Source: Trichosphaerium sp. ATCC 40318 (taxonomy: Eukaryota > Protista > Tubulinea). Taken from it: a stretch of 64,000 nt of DNA. A program made the translations under genes and the position numbers. Below are positions 1 through 13,093 of the stretch, in pieces; the stretch's first letter is position 1; every line of letters starts with the position of its first letter. The notes beneath the pieces were generated by a model. It saw nothing but the letters and a program-made list of their open reading frames with translations, ran no database searches and was not told the origin of the DNA. The stretch spans positions 62,001 through 126,000 of the forward strand of contig JALMLS010000064.1 of the NCBI GenBank assembly GCA_038496445.1, written 5' to 3'.

Positions 1-105
1 CACCAGCGCTGGCATTCGCTGTTGCAGTTTGCATAGTTGGGAAAGTGTTGAATACCTAAACGAAGTCAAGTGTACAAGTCAACACAAGTACATTGCTACT
101 ACAAA

Positions 106-354
106 ATGCAACGACGGTCTGAGCGTGTCATAGAATTAATCGCACATACTATGAGCGATATAGCAGCTTTACGCGCGATTTGTTGCACTTGTAAGATGTT
201 ACATAAAAGGATTGGACCAATCGCCACCAGGAAGCATGAATTAAGCTCCAGCCCACAGCGTAGACCTTCTACTGCATTTTTCGTCAGTGTTTTTGTTGTA
301 TTGCTGTCGTTTTATCTAGCAACGGCTGCTCTTTGGCGATCTTGTGGGAAATGA
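106..354 (+). CDS. small hypothetical protein, possible F-box-like N-terminus and C-terminal transmembrane helix
   Basis: ORF MQRRSERVIELIAH...CKMLH followed by the hydrophobic stretch AFFVSVFVVLLSFYLATAALW. No strong homology recognised. Confidence 0.3.
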   Translation: MQRRSERVIELIAHTMSDIAALRAICCTCKMLHKRIGPIATRKHELSSSPQRRPSTAFFVSVFVVLLSFYLATAALWRSCGK

Positions 355-641
355 TATCAAACGCTTTGAAAAAGTCACGTGGTCATTGTGTCAACAAGAG
401 TAACTAAAAGAATGCAAGCGGAACGGCGCAACACCAAGCCAAATGCAACTACAAAATAGTGTGTACTGCAAACTCTATCTGGAAGCTACAATGAATCGAT
501 AGCTACGGCGCAACATAAAAAAGAGAAAGGTGAAGTGAAAGCTTGAATAAAATAGTTTATTTGATCTATACAATACTTGGTAATCTCATTCACATGCAAT
601 CGGGCAGCCCCATTTGATTGTACTTCTGAGTGCGTTTCACA

Positions 642-2260
642 CTACTCCTGTGTAGTTACAACGAGCTTGAGCAAGTCGGGACGTGCTGTTTTTGTGGTGA
701 GTATACTATGCGTCTTAGTGGTTGATCCAAAACACGTACAGTAGTGACCGGATATGTCCAAATTGTGTCTTTCTTCAATGACTGTTGCTCTATCCAAGGT
801 GTGGTAAAGAATACCTTCCTCACCGATCTAAATACCAAAGTCAACACGTGGGCATGTTAGATATGAAGACTTGCAAGAGGACCAGCAACAACGCCACCTT
901 TAGGATCAACAATCACCTAACTAAAGTAAGCAGCTGACCTTAACTTTTGCCAGTAACCGAGCCGCCATCTTGCATAAACTTAGAAGCATCCTAAATATTG
1001 ACGATTGTTAACTTGGTATGTGCAAGGATAATACCTGTTTTCCCTTTTCTTGTATGGCTGCTTTCAGAGGAAAATCCGCGTCGTCTAGGAATAATTAGCC
1101 ATCCCAGCTTAACATTTCTTTGTTTACCTAAGTGATCAAAAGCAGTCCATGACATTAGCCCGCATGCCTACAAATTAAGGATGGTAATGTGGACGTTTAG
1201 GCCTACTCTAATGCCATACCGAAATAACCCAAGTCCTACCTTCCAGTGCTATAAATCTGGTTATATCTTGAGTCAGTTTTTTACTCCCAGGCCTACTTTT
1301 ATAAAAACGTGACTGCATAACCATCAACGTACCACACTGCAACATGTATCATCTCACCTTGTTGGCGTAATGCAGTACGTGCAAGTGGTAACCTTATACA
1401 CCTTTAGAACCCAAACACGCATCGATACTTTTCATACCAATTCTCCCAACAATTCAATCCTCCAATAGGTCCAGCAGGAGATGGATAAACTACTAATCCT
1501 TTACCATCTCCATCAGCCTTTAGAGTACACGATAAGTTACGTTAACCCAATTTGACGTACCCATGTGAGACGTTCTTCAAACGTCGGTTTTATCTTTCTA
1601 TGACGGCCTAGTATCTGTCCATTGCTACCAATGACCAGCAAGGTGCAGTAAATCGACGTAGACGAAGTTTCTTTTTCAGCAATGCCTCCCATGAGCATTA
1701 CACCAAGCTCCCTTTTACAACAATAAAATGAAGAACAAGATGTACTCCAACGCACTTTGCAACAGCTCTCAACAATTAGGTAAGCGTTTAAAAGTCAGCC
1801 TAGCAACTACTGTGTACCTCATTTCATTGACAATGTCACCGTCCAAAGTCACTGCCTCTTCCCAATATTTTCTATACGCGGCTGAACATATTTCTGTGTT
1901 AGATTGTAAAGCAAAGAGAACAAAATGTACTCTTCTGGTCTTTGTTATTAAACTTTGCGCCATCTGTGAGGCTTATCCACTGTGGATACCCTAAAAGTGA
2001 CATGATGTCTTAGTGACATTTCCATCAATCATTTCTATATACCTGGAATCAGCGTTTCACCCCAAGTGATGAGCGTAGCCCCGCTTTTACAGTTTTTTTT
2101 GTTAGTTGTCATTACATTTGTACAAATCCGTCTCAACTAACCTCTCGCTCGCTTCTTGTATGAATTTCTTCAATTTATTCCATGTTTTACGAGCATCAAG
2201 CATTATTGGTTCGATTTGAATTACACCAACCTTAATTGTTGCGTCTTGTACAGCTGCCAT
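642..2260 (-). CDS. nitrilase (carbon-nitrogen hydrolase), multi-exon
   Basis: Spliced translation gives WGETLIPGYP (catalytic E), HRKIKPTFEER (K), GGLNCWENW (C) and C-terminal LDISGHYSRPD. Confidence 0.92.
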
Positions 2261-2464
2261 GATACTCACTAGAATTACGTTTATGAGGAAGGCACAAGTG
2301 TACTTAAGGCAGAGAACGGTACAAACAATGTGCCAATCAACACAATCCTTAACAAACGTGCTATGACGCGACTTTGAAATACAATGAACAAAACAATTGG
2401 TTTGTACTAGACGATACAATGTATTTATACAAGACAGGAAAAAAACTGTGGCACGTGACCCAAC

Positions 2465-5400
2465 TTATGCATATCTAGAGAGCACGGCGAGCACAATATT
2501 CCATCCGAACACTGCAAAAGAAAGTAAGCAAAACATAGTTTTGAATAGAGAGGCAAGCGTACGTAGTAAAGCAGCCGTGAAAATCGTCTCGGTGACGCGT
2601 CCTACTAGTCCAGGGTTTACAAAATCCTTGATTATCGCCTTTTGCGACTTTGTGATAACTAAGGGATACTACCATCAGCAAATACAGTTTAAAACAACAC
2701 AACGCACCATGCAAATCCTGGTTTGTATTGCGGAGCATCACTTCTTCAGTCTTATGAGCTTGTAGCTGTTCTAATAACAGTATAAGCATTTTTTTATAGA
2801 TAAAGAATGTACCCTGCAGAGTGACTGTGTGTGCCTCTAGTTCTTGCACAGTATCCTTCAATATTGTAACATCTGGAGTATCGTGACTAATCACTTCGCT
2901 CTTAAGAAGCGCTAATTCTGCCTTTTGGTCGGATACAGTTTCATTAAACATCTCCAACTCCTGCAACATCCACAATTAATCCAAATCCGCCAATGTAAAA
3001 ACAAGAATACGTACAGTAGTTTTCTCAGCTACATCTTTCTCTAGCTCCTCTACTTCATCTGATTTTTCTGCTAATGCAGATTTCACCTCTTCCAATTGCT
3101 TTTGGTGTGCCTTAAGAGTGTTCTCATGGAGCTGGCTCTTTTCTGAAAGTTCTTGCTCCTTCAACTTGGAGCGAGCTAGTTCTGGTTCTAATTTACTTAC
3201 TGCTTCTCTAAGAGTTTTCAACTCTGCTGCTTGTTCTGTAGTTTTTTCTTTCAAAGCGGCATTGTCCTAAACAATAATTAACTTGGGCCACTCTTTTGTC
3301 CAAAAAAGTACCTCGTTCAATGCTTCAGTGTTATGCTTGCTTTCCAGAATATCAGCTTGCTGAGAAGACACTAATTGGTCTTGATCCTTCAACTGTCGTC
3401 TGAGTTGCGCGATGACATTGGTAGTATCATCATTGCCATCTGTGAGCAAAGAGAGTTGTGCCTCATATGATGCAACATCACGTTTTAAGACTGAAATAGT
3501 CAACTTTTGTTCTTCAAACTCTACGAGTTGCTTGTTGTAATCGGTTTGCAGCTTGTCAAGATCCTTTTCAGTTTCTTCTAAGGCCTTGGAACGTTCGTCT
3601 ATAGTATTGACGTGCTCATTGAGCTGAGCTGAAAGGCGTTCGATATCATTGGCTTGAGTGGTTGCTTTCATTTCCTTGTTCAAAAGAGCAATATCTTTGA
3701 CGCTAATGTCATTTTGTAATCGTGATACTTCAGCACGAAATTCATTAAATTTCTCTTCATCAGCATCAGCTTGATTAGATAACTTGAGAATCTGCTCTTC
3801 CTTTTCTGTAAGTTTATCCTTCATTGACAAAGTAATGTCATCCTTCAAGTTCAATATTTGGGATTCCAAAGACGATATTCTTCGCGTTGATTCACCCTTT
3901 GTATTTGTTAGTTCCTGCTCTTTAAGCTCTAATTCTTTTTCCTTGACAGCCAGATCTCTCTCCAACTCTAACAGCAACAATTTAGGAAACATCAAAAAAA
4001 GGTTGGACGCGAGCAAAAACAACTTACGGTGTACTTGTTCTTCAAGTGAACAGTTCTTTGCTACTTGCTCTGCTACTACCTTTTCCCTGTTGGCAGCTTC
4101 TTGATGCCACTTTTCAGAATTCTCTTGTAAGAAGTCTTGGTTCATACTGTTTCTTTTTGCCTTTCTCTGCACTTGCAGTACCTTGTCCTCCAATTCCAAT
4201 ATTTCTCCATTTTTAACTACACGTGTAAGCCACGTGAAAGTTGTGAGTCATATAGATACACGTACTTTGTACTAAGCGCTTGCCCTGTTCAACAACTTCA
4301 TCTAACTCTTCAACACGGGTATTGGCATCAGTGAGTTGTGCTTTTAATTCTCTCGTGTTGTCTGTTGATAGTGCCAATTGGCGTTTCAATTCCTCAATTT
4401 CTTCTTGCGCTTCGTTCAGCATGGTAACATCCTTCTTAATCTTTTCATCCTTTTCAGCTAGTTCTTCATCTTTAACAGCTAATTCTTCTTCACGTTGCTC
4501 GTCCTTAGTGGAGCTGATTGTCATCACCTGCGATTCTAATCTTTCTATGTCTGCTCCCCAAGCCTTGAGCTGTGCACTGCTGGTCTCCCGTTCTAGAACA
4601 AGCTCGTCGTTTAGCCTTTGTACTGCTTTAGACTCATTATCTTGGTCCCTATCTATTACAAAATAAGTCGTCAAGATAACACGAGTATGAAAAAAAAACT
4701 CCCACAGAAAACCGCCTTGAACTATTATTTGCTCGTTATTGAAAATCATCATACCTGCTATTACTTTTTCTTTCGCCTCCACTTCAGCTGCTAAAGCGTC
4801 AACTTGTCGTGTAAGATCCGTAACATGCTGTTGCATCTGACTCTCTACAAACCAAAAAATGAGTGTTGATGATATTCACAATAAACAAATTTATCACCTT
4901 CCAAATATTGCACAAGGTTAGAGAGGCGATCGATGGTATTGTCAATCGTTTCTGGATTACTCCCAGCATTTAGACGCTTGTGTCTCTTTAGCTTGGCAAT
5001 CTGCTCCTTTAATGCTAGCGCTTGCTTCTTTATATTAGAGAGTTGGGTACTATGGCTATTGTCGGAATGCGCTGGTTATCAATTATTTAGCCAAAAACGG
5101 TAATAAATCTGCAGTACCTTCCAAATTCTCTACTATCTCGCAAAGCTCCTTTATAGTCTCGTCGCTCACTGTGCTTATTATTGGTTGTGGCTCAACGAGA
5201 GTTACAGTTTTTTCTTCTGGAGCTGTGCTGATGCTCGAGGCAGCATCATTCATGCCATTCGCCCATGTCTTTCGTCGGTTGTGAGAAAAAACGCGAGTTG
5301 GTTTCTTTCCTGGCGACTTTTCTTTGCCACCGCTGTTCTCCTCTAATACGAAAAATGTAAATACAGCAGGTCGCGTAAAAAGATTGGCAAATTCCCAGCT

Positions 5401-5788
5401 TTCAATATTCGTGTAAAAAAAGGCACAACGGGTTTCTACAGCAATGCAACAACACACCACGGCCACCAACGGCGCGCTGGGCCAAAAGTGAAACCGCCGT
5501 GCAGGTACCCAAAACGGTCGTGTTGTCGTATTAGCTACGGCGGTTATAACGCGTACCAGAGTCACTGAGCGGGTCTGTAACCACATTCAACTTTTTGCTC
5601 TTCCTTCTAGAAAGCAACGAACGGCCACTCTTTGAGCGCTTTGGTTTCGACGGTGACGGAGTTGATGGCGCAGAAAGAGATTCGCTAAACTCCCCTTCGT
5701 CTCCTGAAGCCTCATCTAACGCTGAATCCTTCTTTTTGACTTTAGTATTGAAAGTCTTAATAGATAGCTTCCTCTTGAGGGCCTTCAT
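2465..5788 (-). CDS. long coiled-coil protein with C-terminal tail anchor (golgin-like), multi-exon
   Basis: Series of E/K/Q/L-rich heptad exons. The last exons give TIFTAALLLFGWNIVLAVLSRYA-stop, a single C-terminal hydrophobic helix. Confidence 0.7.
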
Positions 5789-5961
5789 TGTGAAAAACGG
5801 GAAATTTGCGTATTTCTGTTATTCGGCAACAACTTAGCCGAGATAAGTACGTGAATAAAGGGTAACGATTTTGAACTGTATTTATTATTCTACAAATGCG
5901 TTTTACGCACGGACGCCCTACTTTTTGGGCAATAAATTACGGGTTTTTGTTTGGTGTTGTT

Positions 5962-6891
5962 TTAGCGTGTAAGTAGCTCTGCAAAATTCTTATCTACAGT
6001 GTTTACAGTATCGTCAAGCCTGCGTGAGTACATACAACAGCAACACATCATGCCCATTGCAATCATTCCAACAACAAAGCCACCTACAACAGCAACCACA
6101 ATCCATTCCAAGAGTGGTACACTCTCTGCGAATGATGACTGGCACGAAGGATATGGTATCTGATTTGTATAAATTAGCAAAATACACGTGGAATAATTAA
6201 ACAAAAAAAAGCACTAAGTGTGCTAAACGTACCGGCCAATAAGTGCACGTGGAAGTCGAATCCGTCCTAGGTATACCCGGTCTGGTGCCTGTGTAGCATT
6301 CCAATTCCTGTTCCTAAAAAAAAAGTGACGTTAGATATCACCACAGTGGTTTATGCGCCATCGCAATGAAACGCACCACGTCATAAAACAGTCGATAAAA
6401 AACTGCTGTACGATTGTTGTGATGATGCAATGTGAAACCATCAGTGGTGTTTACAGCGAAAAACAAAATTTGTAGCCCTACAACAACAAAAAAAAGTGAG
6501 TTGCAAATATTTTAACACAATTTCTCGAGAAGGAAATCCTCCGTGTCAAAATTACCCGGTGTAGCTCCACCATTGCGACATCCGTGAGGAGAGTGATAAT
6601 AAGGAGAGTCAAGGAACCCGGAGAGCTACAAATTTCATTTAGCGTTCAACATCGACAAACGCAAGTAATGCGGCCACGAACATGTATCCACTCGAAGCTA
6701 CATCCTTTCCACAAGTGCGAAACTCGCAAATACACCTGAGAATCTCCAGAGACGTTATGTATTGCAGTAATTGTTCCAGACGCCACTAAATCACTGGATT
6801 CGAATTGCTCAGGTATTTGTTTAGCTTGTAGACAAGTCTGCGAACTAATTGCGACGTATAGTAACGTTAAGATAAATACACGCGTTGTCAT
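5962..6891 (-). CDS. single-pass membrane protein with TIMP/NTR-like ectodomain
   Basis: Signal peptide, then CLQAKQIPEQFESSDLVASGTI...YLRVSHLWKGC (TIMP-like pattern), a TM helix and a Cys cluster after it. Confidence 0.6.
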
Positions 6892-7177
6892 AAGCTCTAA
6901 AAACCCCATGCTGTCATGTGTAAAATTGTTGGGGTAATTTCGAAGCCCCAAGTGTTGAATGAGGTGGCTTAATCAGGCAATTACAGGCATGCAATTTCTA
7001 TATTAATATGTCCAAAACTTGAGTTGGGAGTAAACAAACGCTCGAGTAATTGAGTGTTTAAATTGCCGTAAAAACGGTATTTATTCAAGACAAAAGCAAA
7101 ACGTGGTCTCCTTTTTTCGCAAGCTGTCTTTTATTGCACTTATAGTGTTGGTTCATTCATAAGCGCGCTTTAAGCGT

Positions 7178-8781
7178 TCACTTGGAGAGCTTGACGAGTT
7201 TGTCGGCGGATACACCAGCGCACAACTCTTCGGTGAGATCAAAAGCGGAAACTTTTTTGCCTTCAACGTCAAAGTCTGGGTTATCAGCGAGTTTGCCGAC
7301 ACCATCTACGGAGACACCCTTGCTGACAAGGAGAGCACCAAAAGCGGTGTCTTTGTACTCCAAAGGTCCAAAAAATCTTGGGAGCTCAACCATACCTTCT
7401 AGAGGTCCAGCGGACATGTGCACCTAAGCAAATATATTTAGATGGTTTACATTTTGGCTAACGTACACCGTTGCAACCGGAGGATACTTCTTTGAGACCG
7501 ATTTTGTCCTTGTTTACCAAAAACAAATTACGAATGGAACCTAAGCAAACAACTGTTACGCAAACCAAAAAAAGGTAATATGCTGTATACCTTCGACAGC
7601 CTTGTTAGGGTTGGTGACACCAGCGAGTTTTTCTCTCAAATCTCCCCAAGCCATCTAATAATGTGTTAATGTGATGTTGAAAGAACGTGGAATTAATGGT
7701 GCTGGGTTTTTTGACAGCTGTTAACTGTTAAAGATAAACAGAGTATTCTGACAGCCTGCAGATACTGCTAAAGTTATACATTTGACAAAAACGCTAAAAC
7801 GCTCACCACTGAACGTTTGGTGTCCTTGGTACAGTGGAGATGTAAACCGGAAAAAAATGCATTTTGCATTGTGTTTTTTTTTTAATGCCAAAATTCAGTG
7901 CTGTGCGACAATCGCTGTCAGTATTGACCAATGCGCCAAGTGACAGCGAGAATTTTGGCATGTCCACAAAATTGTTTTCTTCAAAATAACGTACTTTTGA
8001 ACGGCATTCCAAAGCTACGATAGCATTACCAGGGGTAGTGTATGGTACCTGTGTAAAACTTTAGAGACCATAAAATTATTTCCTGTACAACGTACGAGTT
8101 GGTAAGCGTGGAAAGGGTTAAGAACAATGTATGGCTTTCCAGAAACCTACAGACGCGTTACAATACGCCATAAACACAAATGTTGTACCTTGATGGACAT
8201 GGCGTATGTACCGCCAGCCAAACGGGTGGTTCCAAGGTTGTCATTGACAACGCTCAATGAGAAAGGAGTGAAATCCTGATAGTCTAAGTTAGTGAAAGTG
8301 GTTTTTGTGCAAGTTGCATACAGGGTACAATTTCAAGAATTGGTGACCTCCCATAACTTCGGCGCCAGGTTGATCCTTGAGCATTTTGTCCAAGTTTTCC
8401 TTTGCTGACTATTCCAATAGCGTTAAAAATACGCAAAAACAAGTTGTACTGTACCTGTGTGATCACAGATGGGCCTTCTTTGCTGATTTGAGCAATAACA
8501 CCGTAGTGCTTTACCATGGCGTCGGTTTTGTCGAGGTAGCTACCGCCAATGACACGGATCGCACCAAATTCAACACCAGACTCTTTGAGTTTGTTCAAAC
8601 CAAGCTCCAAGGCGACCTTGAAATTAATACCGGCTTTGGTATCTGTTACTTCTGGTTTGAAGAAGAAGGTAAATTGGTTTACTGATGGATCAGCAGGGGC
8701 TTTGTATGGTACAACCCACTCGTCTTCGACAGACTTTGAGGTAACATTGGAGAAGGCCTTGAGAATTGCTTCGACGCTCAT
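7178..8781 (-). CDS. nucleoside-diphosphate-kinase-like protein, multi-exon
   Basis: FFFKPE, HYGVI, AGVTNPNKAVEGSIR and HMSAGPLEG motifs of the NDK fold. Biased codon usage suggests high expression. Confidence 0.7.
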
Positions 8782-8957
8782 GATAAAATTGCTTAACGCT
8801 CTTAAATATTAAGTTGCAACTAAATGGACGTGCTTGACACGCAACGCAGTTGATTTTTTTCACTCCCTAAGTACGCTACACCGTGTCAACAATTAGCGAA
8901 AAGTTTTTATGCTTAAGTTTATTGGTACAATGCAATAGCTGCTATTTAGAGGTGTAT

Positions 8958-9773
8958 TCAATTGTTTGGTTCTTTGTTCTTGTTCATTTCCACATGCACA
9001 ATTTTTAACTCTTTAACGTCCTTGTTCCTTTTTTCTCGCCCAAATAAACCTACGGCAGTCTCGGATAATCCATCAGCCTCATCAGCAGATACATAGCTGA
9101 ACAAATCGAATCTGTGATAGAGCACCAAGTAGCCGTGATTATGTGTAAAGAAACGGGACGCTGAGAAGTCTGCCTGCGGTGTGCCTGGTACCACTGGGCC
9201 ATGCTTTTGAAGTATTTCTTTTGCTGGAATTGCACTTTGAGTAAAAACAAAAAAAAAAAAAAGCAAATAATTTGTTTTATTATCTTACCTTTTGTTTCAA
9301 TGTCCTCCTCAGGATCTACTACTACAACTGTGTTGTTGCTAAATAGGACCCAACAAGGCGCTTCGAAAAATGTTTCTCTGAGTATAGCTATAGTTTCGTC
9401 CAATCCTTCCTAATGCAACCGTTATATAAGGAAACGAACATTCTTGGACTAAGAAAAGTCACGTGGGGTGGTATTTAAAAATATCATTTTTCAAAAGAAT
9501 GTTCAATTTGCAATAATTGGTGGCTACGCGTACGTGGTGCTCCTCACGCTGCTCTTCAGAAGAAAGCCACATCAAACCAGAAAAACTAAGCAAGCCGATT
9601 ATTCCTGTGGAAGCCAGTGCAGTGGTGGTGTTGTTAGGTCTATAGCTCACACTTGTGAAGTTAGACCTAAACTGGACTCTGTTCTTTACATTGCGTTGGT
9701 ACGTCCGCTTTCTCTGGTACTTATTATCACGTGTGTGGTTGTATGAAAAACGCCTAGCAAGTACGGTTCGCAT
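8958..9773 (-). CDS. hypothetical protein with mitochondrial-type presequence, TM helix and a bacterial-like C-terminal domain
   Basis: MRTVLARRFSY N-terminus, then WVLFSNNTVV...HGPVVPGTPQADFS...GLFGREKRNKD...IVHVE. Confidence 0.6.
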
Positions 9774-9872
9774 TGTATCGCAGTATTTATTTGACACAAC
9801 GAGACGACTTAAACAGATAAAAAAAAGAAGCCAGTAAAGAATAACAAGCATTGAGCTTTATTAAAATGGCAG

Positions 9873-11028
9873 TTACAGTCCACCACTGGGTTGTTCGCTT
9901 GCTGGCGATTCGTATTCTCTCGTGGTACCGTATTCTCCTTCCTTTCCAGTAGCAGTGTTAACAAGGAACATGACGCCATCTTTGACATAGCCAGGGAAAT
10001 TTACCCAAAAGTAATAGTTTGGGAGCAAGTGGTGTTTGTCGCTCCATGGTCGCTGCCTGCGGGTACGAGAATTATAATTTACATAAAACTTGTTTTTACG
10101 GAGAAACGTACTCTTTGAATCTGTTCCACATAACACCAGCCACAATATAAATGACAATGCCTACGATCAATAAAATAAGGAGGATCGTGCCGACGCTAAC
10201 GCCGCCTCCGCCAAGGCCTCCACTTCCACCACCGCCACTTGAACCACCTGGGCAAGCGTTTTTGGATCGTACAGTTATCTACTCTCATAAGTTCAAGAAA
10301 AAAAAAACCCGGCGTCCGTACTATAGGGTTGTAAATGGCAGAGTTATCAACTTCTGTGTTCTCAAACCCTTTTGAATAATTGTCAGTAAAAAACCAATGT
10401 CACGACACTTTATACCAGAGAATGATGGATCGCAAATAAGTATCAAGTTACTGATAGAACCACCATCAGCATCTGTTAAGAAGTTAACAGAATATTTGTA
10501 AAAAAGGTGCACAACTACAACAGACTTACAGCCAAACTCTATCTCAACACCCGAATCTCCACCTGTGTTGCTGTAGGATCTAAATGTGGTTTTGTCCGAG
10601 GTATACATGCCTTCGCAATAAGTATACGCCGATTCGTCCCATCGACCCTCCCACGCAGAACATACACCACATTGGCTGTCTCCTTTTACAAAGGTATGAG
10701 TGTCACGTGATTTAATGGTGATTTTCGCACGTACCGACATTACCACAATTTTGTCCGGTATTGCCACAAACAAACCAACGGTAATGGTAAGATGTTGTAT
10801 GGCCACCTTGTTTTTCTTGCTGACCCAAGGCCTGTAGGTGACATAAATAAACAAATTGATTAAAAAGCTTTTTGCGTACAGTAAGGCCAGAGAGATCATA
10901 TGTAGTGCCACCGACTATTCATTATTAACAAATCACGTTATCTTTATTATCGTACCGTCTAAGTTGCCACAATCAGGTGGAAACGCCAAAGCGATAGTAA
11001 CACAGAGAGTAAGGAAAGTTGCTAACAT
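9873..11028 (-). CDS. cation-dependent mannose-6-phosphate receptor / ATG27-family membrane protein
   Basis: Signal peptide, Cys-rich luminal domain, Gly-rich linker and TM helix, then the tail motif LPNYYFWVNFPGYVKDGVMF typical of the family. Confidence 0.75.
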
Positions 11029-11407
11029 TGTTCTCGCTATACAAATAAGTAAGAAATTTCTTACCTCTCTACAAGGTAATTACAAGCGCGGCGTACCCAT
11101 GAAGCGAAGCTTAGGTGAGTTGAGCAATAAATAAGTGCGATGTGGCTTATAGTTCAAAATTTTGTTTGACATTCTTCTTTAAAGACAAACTTTCTCGAGT
11201 TGTAACAATCACGTGCAAATTTAACTACATATCTCACTTCGTACCAGTTGCAGCACGTAAAATAACGCTGTTGCAAAGTACAATAGTCGATATCAACAAC
11301 ACCAGCCAGTTGCTTTATGAGCAACGGCAAACTCGGATTGGAAATGGCGTTTTGTAAACCGCGCTTAATGCCGTTTCGTTGTGCATTTACACAAGTGCAT
11401 GCAAATA

Positions 11408-12946
11408 ATGTACTTGAAGCCGCAGCGCCCCAAGTCGCTACTGACAAGGCGCACAATTACGATATTTGCTATTGTAACATGCTCCGTACTACTAGTAATC
11501 GCTTTGGTATACAACGGGGGCAAGAGTGCCAAAGAAAATCCTGTTATTAGCAACCAAGTGCGGTATTTGATGCAAAAACAATACCTCAAATACAGAGATG
11601 TGTCTACGTATCAAATTGGCCTTATAGCGGACCGCGACTCCGCTAGCAGAGTTTCTGACAGTAAAGGAAACAATAAATGGACGAGTGTTTTAAAAACAGG
11701 CAAACTAACTCGGGAAGTTGATGGCACGTACTCAGTCGAATGGGGAACAGACGTACGCGTCCTTTTTAGACTTTGTTTTCTATCATTTTTTTTTTCAATT
11801 CATAACACGTCGACAGTTTAAGCTCAAAGGCAAACTCAACGAAGGTGGGCGTGGCTTGGAGTTGTCTGAACTGATCAACTGGGATGGCATGTTACTCGCA
11901 CCCGATGACAGATCAGGCATTGTTTATGAGATTCTCGACCGAAACGCAGCGGCAGAAAAAGCAAATGTCGTACCTCGCTTCATTTTGCCAACAGGAAATG
12001 GAAACATGCAAAAAGGTTGTAAAGTGGAATGGGCGCTTGTATTCAACAACCAGTTATGGTTAGGCAGCATTGGAAAGGAGTGGACAGACCCAAAAGGAAA
12101 AGTCATCTCGGACGCGCCACTCTGGGTCAAGATTATAGGTACAACGCTCTAGTATTGTTCGTTGCGTATTGACAGTTAGATCATAGACAGACACGAAGCC
12201 AAAACAGAGCATAGAGACTTCTCGCATGTTTACCAACTCATGAGGAAGAAGGTTGGTGTAGAGTACCCTGGGTATGTTCAGATTTATTGTTTGTATTTAT
12301 ATCCTAGTAATTACTTTGAATTGATCCCTTTTGCAACAGGTACATGATATTTGAAGCTGGAACATTTTGGCATGCCAAACAAAAATTTGTTTTCGCTCCT
12401 AGAAAAGTATCAACGGTACTTACCTTATGTGCTCACAAGTTCGCCACTCATGCAACGCAATAGGAACCTTACGATGCTGACAAGGACGAGAGGCGAGGTA
12501 GTAATTTATTCTTGATTGTAGATCCATATGACTACACCAACATTGAGACAAAGACTATTGGTGTATCCACAAAAACTTGATTTTTTTTTAAGCCACAGCT
12601 CAACTTTTTACCCTTGACAATCTAAAGCAAAAGATCCCAGAGCGGGGTATTTCTTCGATCAAATTCATTCCTTTCCGTGACGAGGAAGTTGTGGTATTGA
12701 AAACGATGGAATTGTCGAACCCTGAAACGATAGAGACGTGTATCCTTCATGCTGTTTTACACCTTTTTTTTTTTTTTGAACTTGATGCCTTGACACGTAA
12801 CAGATATGGCCGTTTACAATATTGTCACTGGCAAAGTATTGATGGAGGAAACGCTGGTTGGCAAAGAAAAGTGCGTAGTTGAGACCTGTCAGCATTTTTT
12901 GAAGCTAATTCGGACTCTTAGGTTTGAAGGAGTGGAATTTTTGTAA
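11408..12946 (+). CDS. CANT1: calcium-activated nucleotidase / apyrase, type II membrane protein
   Basis: IADRD, GRGLELSEL, DDRSGIVY, KVEW, GSIGKEWT, RGISSIKF and terminal KFEGVEFL-stop after splicing. Confidence 0.93.
12563..12627 (+). other. U12-type (minor spliceosome) intron, GT-AG
   Basis: Donor GTATCCAC and branch CCCTTGAC ending 9 nt before the intron end. Removal restores the CANT1 frame. Confidence 0.7.
12740..12803 (+). other. U12-type intron, GT-AG
   Basis: Donor GTATCCTT and branch TGCCTTGAC close to the AG. Removal restores ETYMAVY. Confidence 0.88.
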
Positions 12947-13093
12947 TCACTACTTGCGCACACCATGTAATTAAATAAAAGTAGCGACCTGCTCTAAGAA
13001 AACCGTCGAAAATTTTGGGGTTTTACGACTTAATTTGCAATCCCTCCTTAAGTTCATTTCTTTTTTTTTGTATCCCTTTGCACCACCTCAAAA

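Noticed and set aside
3784-4666. Ser-rich plus-strand ORFs (also 34049-34546 and 40495-40884)
   Set aside because: Antisense shadows of Glu/Lys/Asp-rich coding exons.
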